Notes: generated by a model not told the origin, from the sequence alone. Numbered from the stretch's first letter, positions 17,643 to 27,771 are shown. The stretch is DNA of 64,000 nucleotides from Candidatus Woesearchaeota archaeon (GCA_016192915.1 JACPTF010000002.1:131530-195529); one strand, 5' to 3'. A program made the numbers and translations.

Positions 17643-19034
17643 TTACTCCACTGACTTTGTCATCTTGACGTCCCTAACCAGCACAGCAGGCGTAATGGTG
17701 GGGATTTCAACCTCCCATCCAAAAACAGGCTCTGGCTCTGAGCCAACCGCGGCAACATTCTTCAAAATCCTTATCAGGTTGTCATTTATCCTTAGCTCCT
17801 TTACAGGGCCGGTGACCTTCCCGTTCTCTACCAGGAACATGCCATCTCGGGGTATTGTTGAAAAATCCCCCGCCTCATAGTTCTGGAACCTGGTGTACCA
17901 GACATTGGTAATAATCAGCCCGCGCTTTACCTGCCTTATCATTTCCTCCTTATTAAATTTTCCATTCTGCAAAATAATGTTGAACGGAAGCGGGGTCACA
18001 AGGCCGGCATTTGCCGTAGTTTTTACCTTGTGCCTGTTCGCGGTTGAAGTGTTGTGCAGGTAAGTCTTCAGGACACCCTTTTCAATGATGGTGTTTTTCC
18101 TTGTTGGGACCCCTTCCTCGTCAAACCTCACGCTGTCAAAGCCGTTTGGCAGGGTTCCATCATCAACCAAAGTTACATTGCCACTGCCAACCTTCTTGCC
18201 AAGCTTGCCTGAGAAGCAGGAAAGCTTCGACTCCACATTAAATATTGAGGCCGCCTTCCCCACGCTTTCCAAAATGTTCGCGAACGGCAATGGCGCAAAA
18301 ACCACGTCGTATGTTCCCGGAACTCCATGCCCTGGGTTGACAGCCTGCTTGGCAATTACGGCAGCCCTTTCAGCGCTGGCTTCAGGAGTAAATCTCCTTA
18401 AAACCCTTGCGTTACATATGTGATGGCCAGAGGCGTACTTGTCAACAAAAGCCCTTACAGAAAAATAAGCCTTCGTGCCCTTATCCTCGGCCTCAACACC
18501 GTTTGAAGTGAGAAGGTAAGTGTTGAAAAAAGTTGTCTCAAAAACCCCTGCTGTGCGCTTTGCGCCGTTCCTGTGAGCAACGCTTATGGCCCCTTTGAGG
18601 AGGTCAATGCCCGTTTCACCGAGCTCAACTATGCTTTTGTCGTACGTTTCTGAAATGCCTGCATAGTTGAAAGGCCCCTCCGCAATTCCTGTGTATTCCT
18701 TATTTGGGAGAGCGGCAGCGGCAAACTTGAGCATCCTGCCGATAGCGTCATCAACAGCTTTTGTAGAAAGATCCCTTACGCTTGTGCCTATGAGCTTCTT
18801 GTCAATGGCCAAAAATATGTTCAGTTTGTCAGAATGCCACGTTTGTGTGGTGCTTATCATGCTGTTGGCAAACTTCAGCTGAGTGGCATCCTCGCTTACA
18901 GCAGAGACCACAACATCATCAGCACCTTTTTTCTTTAGCTGCCTGACCAAATAAGCAGCTATTGAATGCGCATCGTTACCTTTCGCGTTAGTTTCAGCAG
19001 GTGCAACAACAATTTTCCCCTGTGTTTTTCCCAT
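17643..19034 (-). CDS. pmbA: PmbA/TldE-family metallopeptidase (peptidase U62)
   Basis: 463 aa of the TldD/PmbA family, paired with tldD. Confidence 0.75.
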   Translation of the reverse strand: MGKTQGKIVVAPAETNAKGNDAHSIAAYLVRQLKKKGADDVVVSAVSEDATQLKFANSMISTTQTWHSDKLNIFLAIDKKLIGTSVRDLSTKAVDDAIGRMLKFAAAALPNKEYTGIAEGPFNYAGISETYDKSIVELGETGIDLLKGAISVAHRNGAKRTAGVFETTFFNTYLLTSNGVEAEDKGTKAYFSVRAFVDKYASGHHICNARVLRRFTPEASAERAAVIAKQAVNPGHGVPGTYDVVFAPLPFANILESVGKAASIFNVESKLSCFSGKLGKKVGSGNVTLVDDGTLPNGFDSVRFDEEGVPTRKNTIIEKGVLKTYLHNTSTANRHKVKTTANAGLVTPLPFNIILQNGKFNKEEMIRQVKRGLIITNVWYTRFQNYEAGDFSTIPRDGMFLVENGKVTGPVKELRINDNLIRILKNVAAVGSEPEPVFGWEVEIPTITPAVLVRDVKMTKSVE

Positions 19035-20485
19035 TAAAAGCTCAGCCTCACATTTCTTATTCGCATGCTCGGGCCGCCAAACCAGACAGGTATTGCCTGC
19101 ATGGGCTCAGCCTTGCCGCAAGTTCCGGCATGGTACTCCATATTGCCTGCTACCGCATCAACAGAGCTCCAGAGCTTTGGGGTTGAAATTTCTATAGTTG
19201 GCCTCCATACTGGCTCGGCTAGCTTCCCATTCCTTATAATATATGCCTCTGCGCCCGTATACTTGGCGTTCAGGCGCTTGTCATCAATGTTCCACTCCAT
19301 GAAATTCTTCAGGAAAACACCATGCTTAACAGACTCAATCAGCTCGGCCTCATCGTAATCTCCGGGCTTAACAATGGAATTCGCCATCCTTACAATAGGC
19401 TCGCGGTCGTAGCCTGTTGCTCTGGCTGAGCCATTGCTCTTGCAATTAAGAACTGCCGCTGTTTCGCGGTTGTGGAGAAGCCCCGTTATTATTCCTTTTT
19501 TTATAAGCCAGCGCTCCCGCGCCTTCACACCCTCGTCATCGTAAAGGTAATACCCAAAGCTGCCTTGGATGGTCGGGTCATCAACTATGTTGACAGCAGG
19601 AGAGCCAATCCTCGTGCCAAGCATGTTCGCTGAGATGAAAGACTCACCAGCCTGTGCCGCCTCCCTTCCCAAAACCCTGTCAGCTTCATAAGGGTGGCCG
19701 ACGCTCTCATGAACCATAATGCCAGTTATCTGTGGGGCAACAACAAGGTCAATCTTGCCCTTCGGAGGAGCTACAGCTTTTTTCAAGTTTGTATAAGTTG
19801 CCTTTACCTCACCAGCAAGCACTTTAGGAAAGTTATAATCATAAATCTTTTCAAAGCCGCCGGCTGCACCGTACTGCCAGTACCTCTGCGCAGTCCTTTC
19901 TGCTTCCTCAACCGTGATAAAATACCAGAAGTCTGTCCTTGGAATTTTTGAAAGGACGCGGCTGCCCTCACTATTGGCAAAATACCTTTCTGTGTAAAAA
20001 TCCGACATTGAAAAAAATCTTCCAGGGACATTAACCTTTGTTGATTTTATGGCCTTTTCCGCATCAAAAAGCACCTTCAGCTTTTCCTTAGGGCTCAAAT
20101 CATCCAGCTTCACCTTCTGCTTTACCGCATAACTGCCAACCTCGGCCTTCTCGTGGCTGAATTTCACCTTTCCCCCTATAATTGCGGCTGCAGCCGTAAT
20201 CTTAGCGGCTTTTTCAATAACCTTTCTCACATTCTCCTTCGAAATGTCGTTGGTTGATGCAAAGCCCAAAGTGCCATTCATAACAACCCTGATGCCAATG
20301 CCTGAGACCCTGTCAAAGCCTGCAACCTGAGGCACGCCGTTCTTCAGAACAAAGCCATTGACCTGCGTGGATTCAAGACGGGCATCGGCATAGCTCGCGC
20401 CAATCTTCCTCGCATGCTCAATAGCAGAATGTGCAATGTCAATGTCAAGAGCATCTTCAGACTTAACAGCAGATTTAGCAAGCAT
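19034..20485 (-). CDS. tldD: TldD-family metallopeptidase (U62); true start probably the MLAKSAV... ATG at 20485
   Basis: Contains HESVGHPYEADR, the TldD HExxxH motif. Confidence 0.8.
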   Translation of the reverse strand: MLAKSAVKSEDALDIDIAHSAIEHARKIGASYADARLESTQVNGFVLKNGVPQVAGFDRVSGIGIRVVMNGTLGFASTNDISKENVRKVIEKAAKITAAAAIIGGKVKFSHEKAEVGSYAVKQKVKLDDLSPKEKLKVLFDAEKAIKSTKVNVPGRFFSMSDFYTERYFANSEGSRVLSKIPRTDFWYFITVEEAERTAQRYWQYGAAGGFEKIYDYNFPKVLAGEVKATYTNLKKAVAPPKGKIDLVVAPQITGIMVHESVGHPYEADRVLGREAAQAGESFISANMLGTRIGSPAVNIVDDPTIQGSFGYYLYDDEGVKARERWLIKKGIITGLLHNRETAAVLNCKSNGSARATGYDREPIVRMANSIVKPGDYDEAELIESVKHGVFLKNFMEWNIDDKRLNAKYTGAEAYIIRNGKLAEPVWRPTIEISTPKLWSSVDAVAGNMEYHAGTCGKAEPMQAIPVWFGGPSMRIRNVRLSF

Positions 20486-20555
20486 AAAAAAATCCCCCGA
20501 AATAAACAAAAAACTTAACTCCCGCAGCACAGCAGGTATATAAAGTTTATTGGCA

Positions 20556-20592
20556 TGACCTTCTTTGAAAAAGAAGGTCAATCAAGAAATCA
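20556..20592 (+). repeat. palindrome-plus-tail motif, copy M2 (TGACCTTCTT tgaaa AAGAAGGTCA ATCAAGAAATCA)
   Basis: Located immediately 3' of the tyrS stop. Confidence 0.7.
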
Positions 20593-20595
20593 CTT

Positions 20596-21672
20596 CTATC
20601 TTGTCACTTCAAAACTCCTGACCTGCTCCAGAAGCTTTTTTGCCTTAGAGTTTGTTGCAAAGTGCTTCCTAACAGGCTCCAAAAGCTCATTAAGCTTATC
20701 AGAAACAGCATTCTTCAGGTCCATTGGGTGAACTTTCCCTTCGGAGTAAAGCTTTTCCAGCTCGCTATAGCCGCCAACATTCAAGCTGCCGCCATACTTC
20801 TCAGCCCTCTTTATTTCAAGCGAATCAAATTTCTCAAAGACGATATAGCGGCAGTATTCCATGATGGGATTCTCGTCAACCTTCCTCTCAGGGCAGTAAG
20901 CCTTGCCGATTTTTCTTTTCACATCCTCTTCAGAGTCTGTCATGAAGATAGCAGTGTCAGGCTTTGACTTTGACATTTTCAAATCAAGCAGCCTGTCATC
21001 CGGGTCTTTGTAACTTGTTTTTGGCTCTCCTAAGCCAAGAATCATGTGGTGGCTTACCACAACCGGCTTCCAGAAGCCAAGCTTCGGCCCAACCTCCCTT
21101 GCAAGGATGTTGACTTTCCTCTGGTCTTTCCCCAGCTGGCAAATATCACATTTAAGATGGAAAATGTCGGCTGCTTGCATGCACGGGTAAATTATCTGTG
21201 CCGCGCTTAAACTCTCCGTGCTCCTCCTGCCCATAATCTGGCTTGTCCTTAAAATCCTCTGAACAGTAGATGCCCTCGCTATGTCAATCGTTGTCTTCCA
21301 GTGACCCTCTTGCCTTACCAAATCCTTTGACCAGATAAACTCAACGCCTTCTATATTCATACCACAGGCTTTCCATACTTCAATCAGGTAGTCCCCTGTA
21401 GTCCTTATCTTTTCCAAGTCGCCACCAAGCTTGTTGTTCATCCATGCGAACCAATCTGCAACAAGCATCTTGAATTTACAGCCTGCCTTTAGCATTTTGT
21501 TGACATTGATTGTTCTCAGAATCCCTTGGGCAATGTGTGCTCCTCCCGAAGGCTCAAAGCCGTCATACGCTATTGGGTGGTCCTTTGCCTCAAGAAGCTG
21601 CCTGAGCTCATCAACAGTTATTATCTCCTCTCCAACTTCTTTAATTACAGATAGCCTTTCCTCAATATCCAT
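20596..21672 (-). CDS. tyrS: tyrosyl-tRNA synthetase (archaeal/eukaryotic type); true ATG at 21672
   Basis: Has YDGFEPSG...HIAQG, KMSKS and KAYCP...NPIMEY...HPMDLKNAV, closely matching archaeal TyrRS. The first 46 codons of the ORF are extension. Confidence 0.9.
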   Translation of the reverse strand: MDIEERLSVIKEVGEEIITVDELRQLLEAKDHPIAYDGFEPSGGAHIAQGILRTINVNKMLKAGCKFKMLVADWFAWMNNKLGGDLEKIRTTGDYLIEVWKACGMNIEGVEFIWSKDLVRQEGHWKTTIDIARASTVQRILRTSQIMGRRSTESLSAAQIIYPCMQAADIFHLKCDICQLGKDQRKVNILAREVGPKLGFWKPVVVSHHMILGLGEPKTSYKDPDDRLLDLKMSKSKPDTAIFMTDSEEDVKRKIGKAYCPERKVDENPIMEYCRYIVFEKFDSLEIKRAEKYGGSLNVGGYSELEKLYSEGKVHPMDLKNAVSDKLNELLEPVRKHFATNSKAKKLLEQVRSFEVTR

Positions 21673-21823
21673 GGTAGCCGCTGCCGAACCAAACGATATA
21701 AATCTTTTTGTTTTCCTCGAAAGTGTTACGGCAAAAGCGAATACTTTCCGAAAATGAGCCCCACTGGACACTGGACAGACCCGGGCAAGGTATTTAAACC
21801 CAAGCAACAAATTACAGCAGCAT

Positions 21824-22660
21824 ATGGAAGAATTTAAAGTAGCAGCAGCTGAAATAGTAGCTGAAGCTACTCAGGCCATGATTTCAGTCACTGACCTGAC
21901 TTCCTTCATGTATTGCCCAAGGGTGCTTTACCAGCAAAAGGTTCTGGGTTATGAGGAAAAGCCAACTGCAGCAATGGTGCTCGGGGCTATAAGGCATAGC
22001 TTCCACGACTTGGCGAACAAATACGAAGAAGCGATAGTCGTTGGCATGCCGCAGGAGATGGCGCACGACGAAACCATAGCAGCTTACGCAAGAACGTACG
22101 AAAACCTAATCAAATCGGCAGTCATGAGCCGTGCAAAATCGCTTGCGTTGTTTGACATCCAGCCATTTCAAATCCTTCCGCAGCTGCAGCAGCTGGCTGC
22201 AGCCGAGGCGCACGAGCGGGCTGTCAATGTCCACAGGTTTTCCACAACGCACAACGTGTTCGGGGAGGAGCTATGGCGGCTTCTCACGCCAAAGATATTC
22301 ACTGAAGTCAGGGTAAGGTCGCAGCCGCTAAGGCTCAAAGGCGTAGTTGACAGGGTTGAGGTCTACGAGAACTCTGTCCTGCCAATAGAGCTGAAGACAG
22401 GAAAAATGGCTCACGATGGCGTCTGGCCCTCCCACAGAGTCCAGGTTGCCGCTTATATGATGCTTCTGCAGGAAAAGTTCAATACGGCAGTTACAAAAGC
22501 TGTTGTAAGATACCTTGACCACAACAGCAGCAAAACTGTGGTGATGAACCCCTATATGGAGTTGGAGGTCAGGGAACTGACTGAGAAAGTGATAAGGCTG
22601 CTGCAAGGCGAAACAGTGCCTAAGCCATGCGGAAGGGAAAGCTGCAACTGCAGCCGCTAA
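21824..22660 (+). CDS. Cas4-like / RecB-family PD-(D/E)xK nuclease (DUF83), stand-alone
   Basis: N-terminal YCPRVLYQQ, motifs GVVDRVEV and IELKTG (ExK), Q..Y, and a C-terminal Cys cluster CGRESCNC. Confidence 0.6.
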   Translation: MEEFKVAAAEIVAEATQAMISVTDLTSFMYCPRVLYQQKVLGYEEKPTAAMVLGAIRHSFHDLANKYEEAIVVGMPQEMAHDETIAAYARTYENLIKSAVMSRAKSLALFDIQPFQILPQLQQLAAAEAHERAVNVHRFSTTHNVFGEELWRLLTPKIFTEVRVRSQPLRLKGVVDRVEVYENSVLPIELKTGKMAHDGVWPSHRVQVAAYMMLLQEKFNTAVTKAVVRYLDHNSSKTVVMNPYMELEVRELTEKVIRLLQGETVPKPCGRESCNCSR

Positions 22661-22777
22661 AACAAGCAACACAACATTTAAATATAAGCTCTGCCCAGAA
22701 AAACACCATTTCATTAGCATTATAGAATAGTAACTGAATCATCATTCACGGCATTCGTGGGTTGCAGGGTGTTTTTT

Positions 22778-23041
22778 ATGGCAGAAGATGATAAAAAGTT
22801 CTCCAGGCAGGTTATTGGCAAGATTGTTGTAAGCAAATCAGGAAAAAGATTTGGCGAAGTTGCAGACATAGTGTTTGAAACTAAAACGGGAGAGCTGATT
22901 CACCTTGTCCTGGCGAACCCGACACCGTACATCCAGAAGCTGGAGCTTGAGCGGGATGGTGAAGGTAACATACTTATCCCCTTCAGCGCAGTAATGGCGA
23001 TGGGTGATTTCTTGGTTATATCTGAAGAAGACATTGTATGA
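22778..23041 (+). CDS. PRC-barrel domain protein
   Basis: About 87 aa with the small PRC beta-barrel pattern. Confidence 0.45.
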   Translation: MAEDDKKFSRQVIGKIVVSKSGKRFGEVADIVFETKTGELIHLVLANPTPYIQKLELERDGEGNILIPFSAVMAMGDFLVISEEDIV

Positions 23042-23073
23042 CCCTTTTAAGAAAAGAGGTCAATCAGAAAACT
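23039..23073 (+). repeat. palindrome-plus-tail motif, copy M3 (TGACCCTTTT aa GAAAAGAGGTCA ATCAGAAAACT)
   Basis: Slightly imperfect arms. Lies 12-45 bp upstream of the rfcS ATG. Confidence 0.6.
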
Positions 23074-23084
23074 AAACTACTTGT

Positions 23085-24107
23085 ATGTCAATCAAAAATA
23101 ATTCTTCTACGAAACCTTTATATTGCATTCCACCTCCCGCAATCGCAATGGACAGCGCGTTGTGGGCGGAGAAATACAGGCCTTCTAGTTTCAGGGATAT
23201 GATAGGCCAGGAAGACGTAGTAAAAAGACTGGAGGCGTTTGTCAAGCACCAGAATCTGCCGCACCTTCTTTTTGCGGGGCCGCCAGGGGTTGGCAAGACG
23301 TCAATGGCATTAGTAATAGCAAAACAGCTGTACAAGGGCGACTGGCGCCAGAACATTATTGAGCTTAACGCAAGCGATGAAAGAGGTATAGACATTATCA
23401 GAACCAAGGTTAAGGACTTTGCGCGCACCAAATCAATCGGGCAAGTGCCCTTCAAAATGTGCATCCTTGACGAATCAGACTCGCTAACAAGGGAGGCACA
23501 GCAGGCCCTTCGCAGAACAATGGAAAACTACACCTCAACATGCAGGTTCGTCCTGCTGGCCAATTACTCGTCTAAAATAATTGAGCCAATCCAGAGCAGA
23601 TGCGCGGTATTCAGGTTCAAGCCGCTTTCTGATTCTGAGATCATAAAAATAATTGAAACAGTGGCTGCTGCAGAAAACCTTGTTGTTGGCGATAAGGCAA
23701 GAAAAGCCCTTATTGAGGTCTCAGAAGGCGACTGCAGGAAGCTTGAGAACGTGCTGCAAAGCTGTGCAGTAATGTCCTCTGCAATAACAGAGGACCTGAT
23801 TTACGCAATAGCAAGCGTTGCAAGGCCAAAAGAGGTAAAGGAAGTGATTGAGCTGGCGTTTTCAAACAACTTTCAAAAGGCAAGGGACAAGCTTCTTGAA
23901 ACAATGCTTGCCCACGGCCTGTCTGGATTGGACATTATCAAGCAGCTGCAGAAAGAGGTACTCGACAGTGCCATAGAGCCTAAAAAGAAGCTCGCCCTGG
24001 TTGAAAAGTGCGGCGAGATAGAGTTCAGGATGAGCGAAGGCGCAGACGAGTTTGTGCAGCTTGAAGCCCTGTTGAGCCAAATCGCGCTCGCTGGGTTAAA
24101 AGAGTAG
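23085..24107 (+). CDS. rfcS: replication factor C small subunit
   Basis: Walker A GPPGVGKT, DEAD-like DESD, SRC motif (SRCAVFRF); 340 aa with no intein. Confidence 0.9.
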   Translation: MSIKNNSSTKPLYCIPPPAIAMDSALWAEKYRPSSFRDMIGQEDVVKRLEAFVKHQNLPHLLFAGPPGVGKTSMALVIAKQLYKGDWRQNIIELNASDERGIDIIRTKVKDFARTKSIGQVPFKMCILDESDSLTREAQQALRRTMENYTSTCRFVLLANYSSKIIEPIQSRCAVFRFKPLSDSEIIKIIETVAAAENLVVGDKARKALIEVSEGDCRKLENVLQSCAVMSSAITEDLIYAIASVARPKEVKEVIELAFSNNFQKARDKLLETMLAHGLSGLDIIKQLQKEVLDSAIEPKKKLALVEKCGEIEFRMSEGADEFVQLEALLSQIALAGLKE

Positions 24108-24172
24108 GGATTTGCCAATTTAGCAAAGATTAAATACCTGTCTAAGCCAATAATTGCCAGTCAACAGGCAAA

Positions 24173-26779
24173 ATGGGATTCAGAAAAGAAAAAGAGGTCA
24201 AAAGAGACAATTCCGGAAAGCCGGAGGAATCCGGTTTGGTTTACAAAGTTTACCCCCCTTTTGGGCAGCCACAAAACGGATACGACTCTTCATATGAATT
24301 CAAGCTCAAACAGCTTTCGGCCCAGCTTCTGCGAAAGAACGTAGACCTTGAAAGGCTGCGGGATTATGTGACGCAGCTTGAAGAAGGTGAAAAAGGGCTT
24401 ATTCAAGAGCTGACAAAACAGCTCGCCATTAAGGATGAAGAGATAAGCAGGGTTGCTTCCATTTACGCAAAAAAAGAGGCGGAAAACAGGAAGCTTTCAG
24501 CATTGCTTGAAACAAACGTTGTTTCCCAAAGGGAGCACGCCGAAAAAATAAAAGCTATTCTTGTCAAGAAAGAGGCAGAAACAAAGCAGCTTATCGATGG
24601 CCTTAGCGCGCAACTTGAAAAAAAGAACGCAGACATCACATCACTCAGGAAACAACTGCTGGAAAAGGCGTCAACAGAAAATTCAGCGATTTCCCAGCAA
24701 GAGTCAAGCTCCCCGCATCTCGAGCTGCTCGTGAAAGAGATTGAGCGCAGGAAAAAAGAAACCACGAACACAGAAAAGCTGCTGTTGGAAGAGCAAAGGC
24801 TTGCCAAAGAAGCAGAGCACAGATTCAGGCAGCAACTCACCGAAACACGGCAGCATGTTGAAGAGCTCAAAGTGATCCTGGTTGGAAAAGACAGCACAAT
24901 AGCGCAGCTTGAGTCAGCGATTGAGAAGAAATTCTTAGAGCTTGAGAGGGAAGCGCACAAAGCCAAAGCGGCAGCGCCGGTGGCAAGCTTCCCTTCTTAC
25001 GAGACTGAGAAATTTATTGAAAAGCTGCAGAAAGAGCTTAAGCACAAAAATGGAGAAATAAGCTCGCTTAACGAGCAGCTTGCCAAAAAGCTCGGCAGCA
25101 CCAGCTTCACGGGCTCAGAGGGAGGCAGGGGCCACGAACGAAGAATAGAAAAGCTTGAACAAGAATTAGAACAGAGCGGTAGTGAAATCAGAAAATTGGA
25201 TGAATCGCTGCTTGAGGAACAGAGGCTTGGCAAATCCATGCAATCACGGCTCAAGGAACAACTGGTACAAAAGAGCAGCCAGCTGGAAGAGCTCAAAACG
25301 CTCCTGATAGAGAAGGAAAAAATCGTGCGCAACCTCGAAACAGCTTTTGAGAAGAACCTGGCGGCGAAGGAAGAGCAGTTGCGCCATTTTAGGCAATCCG
25401 CAATTAAAAAGCCCGAGACGCACCTTCACCGCGAGCTCGACGAGCTAAAATCTGAGATTCACATCAAGGAAGAATCATCAAAGTTCATGGCAGAAGAGGT
25501 TGCAAAGCTCAAGGAGCAGGCAGCCCTCCTGCGCAAGCGGCTCGAAGAAAGGCAGCGCATATACTTCGAAAGTGAAAAGGCCTACGAAGAGCTTATAGCC
25601 AAGCTCAGGGAGCAGCACGACACCAGGGTAAAGTCGTTTTTGCAAGAGTCATCACAGAAAGAGTCAGCATTAAAAATAGCTCTTGAAGAGGAACGCGCAA
25701 AGCTGCAGCGCGAAACAGCCCTCATGAAAGAGAAGGAAACCCAGATTAAGGAAACGCTGCAAACATTTACTGTGACGTCGCATCAGCTGCTTAAGCTTCA
25801 AGGTGCAGGAATTGTCAGTGAAGCAGCAGGGCTTAACATCACTGAGCTGCTTGAAAAAGAGAAGCACCTTGCAAGCAAGGAAGAAGAGCTTAAACAGCTG
25901 CTTGCATCAACAGAAACAAAAATAGCAGAGCTAAAAGAGAGGGAAGCGGGCATAGGAAGAAAAGAGCAGATGCTGCTAAATGGGCAGGAAGCGCTTGCCA
26001 AAGAGCTGGAAATACTCGGCAGCGCAGGGGTTGAAATAGGAAGGTCAAGGCAGTACATACAGCAAAAGCTTGCCCAACTGAGCACATTTGAACAGCCGCA
26101 GCAAAGAATTCAGCAGCCGGCGGAAGCTACAGAGGCACCGGAAGACAGTTTCTTCACGCAAACGCCAAGATCAGGAACTGAACTGCAGACAACGGTCGAA
26201 GAGGCGCCTGAAGAAAACAAGATCAAGCCGCAAGATCCTGCAGAAACCATGATGGGGGGAAGAACAGTTGAAGAAGAGCTTCCAGGTGAGGCAGCTGCAG
26301 AGGATGAGGGCTTTGAGAGCATAAAGCCGCAAAGCATTTTGAAAAGGGCGCCGAAAGCGGGCAAGGAGGCGGGCGCAATAAAATCCAAACTGCAACAAAA
26401 AAAGGTAAAGCAAACCAAACTCAAACCAAAAGCGGCAGCGAAATTAGCTGCAAAACAGCAAAAATTGCCAATAAAGCAGCCAGAATATGTCACGGCCTTC
26501 AAAACAGCCACAGTCAAGCCTATTACAAAACAGCCGCCTAAAAAAACAGAGCAATCAACAGTTAAGGAAATGCCCATAGGCGCAAGGGAAGCAGCTGGGC
26601 GCGCCGAACAGGAACTATTCACGGAAATTGGCGGTTATTCTGAGCTCGATGAGATAAAGTCAATAGTTGATGTCGGTCTTCAGCACGGCGATTCCATTAA
26701 TCAGATTAGGGAATCATTACTGACTTCCGGCTATTCAAAGCAGAACATCGAGAAGGCGCTGGGCAGCGTTAAGAAGTGA
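24173..26779 (+). CDS. large coiled-coil protein (868 aa) with internal duplicated heptad segments and a basic K/A-rich C-terminal region
   Basis: Extremely E/K/L/Q-rich with no Walker motifs. Contains a repeated LLEEQRL...EQL module. Confidence 0.55.
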   Translation: MGFRKEKEVKRDNSGKPEESGLVYKVYPPFGQPQNGYDSSYEFKLKQLSAQLLRKNVDLERLRDYVTQLEEGEKGLIQELTKQLAIKDEEISRVASIYAKKEAENRKLSALLETNVVSQREHAEKIKAILVKKEAETKQLIDGLSAQLEKKNADITSLRKQLLEKASTENSAISQQESSSPHLELLVKEIERRKKETTNTEKLLLEEQRLAKEAEHRFRQQLTETRQHVEELKVILVGKDSTIAQLESAIEKKFLELEREAHKAKAAAPVASFPSYETEKFIEKLQKELKHKNGEISSLNEQLAKKLGSTSFTGSEGGRGHERRIEKLEQELEQSGSEIRKLDESLLEEQRLGKSMQSRLKEQLVQKSSQLEELKTLLIEKEKIVRNLETAFEKNLAAKEEQLRHFRQSAIKKPETHLHRELDELKSEIHIKEESSKFMAEEVAKLKEQAALLRKRLEERQRIYFESEKAYEELIAKLREQHDTRVKSFLQESSQKESALKIALEEERAKLQRETALMKEKETQIKETLQTFTVTSHQLLKLQGAGIVSEAAGLNITELLEKEKHLASKEEELKQLLASTETKIAELKEREAGIGRKEQMLLNGQEALAKELEILGSAGVEIGRSRQYIQQKLAQLSTFEQPQQRIQQPAEATEAPEDSFFTQTPRSGTELQTTVEEAPEENKIKPQDPAETMMGGRTVEEELPGEAAAEDEGFESIKPQSILKRAPKAGKEAGAIKSKLQQKKVKQTKLKPKAAAKLAAKQQKLPIKQPEYVTAFKTATVKPITKQPPKKTEQSTVKEMPIGAREAAGRAEQELFTEIGGYSELDEIKSIVDVGLQHGDSINQIRESLLTSGYSKQNIEKALGSVKK

Positions 26780-26798
26780 ATGCTATTATTCTCCTCAT

Positions 26799-27284
26799 TC
26801 ACAACGACTTTAACAAAGCAGCAAACCTTGAATAAAGTTCTGTGGAGATGTAAAAACCATTTGCGACCATCCCGTCAAAAATGTCCATTGCTTCCTCTTT
26901 TGCAATAAACTTTCTGGAGCAAGCTAGAAAAAGGACGTAAAGAGCTCCGTGAGCTTCCACCCCTAATATGGAGGCGTACGATTTTGCTGAATCATCGTCT
27001 ATCAGCAAAACGGTTTTGTGCTTTGCAGCTAGTGATATGGCCTCTTTCTCGCCTCGCCCCATTTTTTCAGTGAGCAGCATTCTGTTAATGACAACATTTT
27101 CAACAGCAACCCATCCCTCCCCGATCGCCTTGCCTAGAGCCGCAGCTTCAGGACTGTCCTTTTTAACGCTCACTTCATCATAAACGCTTCTCGGGATAAG
27201 AACCTTTCCAAAGCATCTTTTTAGAAGGTTCAAAATACCCCGTTTTCCTAAAACAATAAGCGGCGAAGAGTTAGAAACCATCAT
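26799..27284 (-). CDS. DUF3368-family PIN-like protein (putative toxin partner of UPF0175)
   Basis: 161 aa. Family and adjacency to the UPF0175 gene were recognised from sequence pattern. Confidence 0.5.
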   Translation of the reverse strand: MMVSNSSPLIVLGKRGILNLLKRCFGKVLIPRSVYDEVSVKKDSPEAAALGKAIGEGWVAVENVVINRMLLTEKMGRGEKEAISLAAKHKTVLLIDDDSAKSYASILGVEAHGALYVLFLACSRKFIAKEEAMDIFDGMVANGFYISTELYSRFAALLKSL

Positions 27285-27291
27285 TTTGCTT

Positions 27292-27609
27292 TTACGCCTT
27301 TAACGCCGCTTTAAAATCCTTCTCAAGCGAGCCCAGTGAATAGTTGAGCGGTATTTTCCTTTCCGCAGCCGCCTTTAAGAAGTCTGTCAGAGGCACCCTC
27401 GCCAACTCAGCCGCTCTTCCAAGAGAAACCAGTCTTTTTGAATACTTCCCCAACGCAAGCTCCAGAAGCTTCTCCCTTACGGCAGTAGACAGCAGTTCCC
27501 TTATCACTTTAGACTTGTCAGTGCCCTCTTCCCTGGCAACAGAGTCTATGTCTTTAACAACAGACTCCGGAACCCGCGCAGCAACATTCTCGTACACCTT
27601 AACCACCAC
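27292..27609 (-). CDS. UPF0175-family putative antitoxin
   Basis: 105 aa, immediately upstream of the DUF3368 gene on the same strand. Confidence 0.5.
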   Translation of the reverse strand: MVVKVYENVAARVPESVVKDIDSVAREEGTDKSKVIRELLSTAVREKLLELALGKYSKRLVSLGRAAELARVPLTDFLKAAAERKIPLNYSLGSLEKDFKAALKA

Positions 27610-27771
27610 TTAACGTAAACAAAAGCTAGTAATCGTAAACTTGTATTTAAATGTTTGGTTATTTTAGTTGAGGGCAATAGTTTCGCATATTTATTTTCCT
27701 CAAACAAAGTTTGGAAGGCATGACATTTTGTGTGCATTACTTATGTCTTCCATTATTTTAGCGGCGTTAAA

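Noticed and set aside
20535-20545. Palindrome-plus-tail motif as a TATA/BRE promoter element.
   Set aside because: Only copy M3 is positioned like a promoter. M2 has a separate TATA box (TATATAAA) nearby, and M4 lies between convergent gene ends, so a generic promoter role does not fit all copies.
20596-21810. Long N-terminal extensions in the maximal ORF calls for tyrS (46 codons), rnz (22 codons), pelota (78 codons), cdc6 (48 codons), nfo, tldD and the surface proteins.
   Set aside because: In each case the extension lacks similarity to the family, often runs through upstream repeats or overlaps the neighbour, and a conserved family N-terminus begins at an internal ATG or GTG. These are artefacts of longest-ORF calling that uses TTG and GTG starts.
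24173-26779. SMC/Rad50 assignment for the 868-aa coiled-coil protein.
   Set aside because: It has no Walker A/B, signature or hinge motifs; only coiled coil and a basic tail are present.
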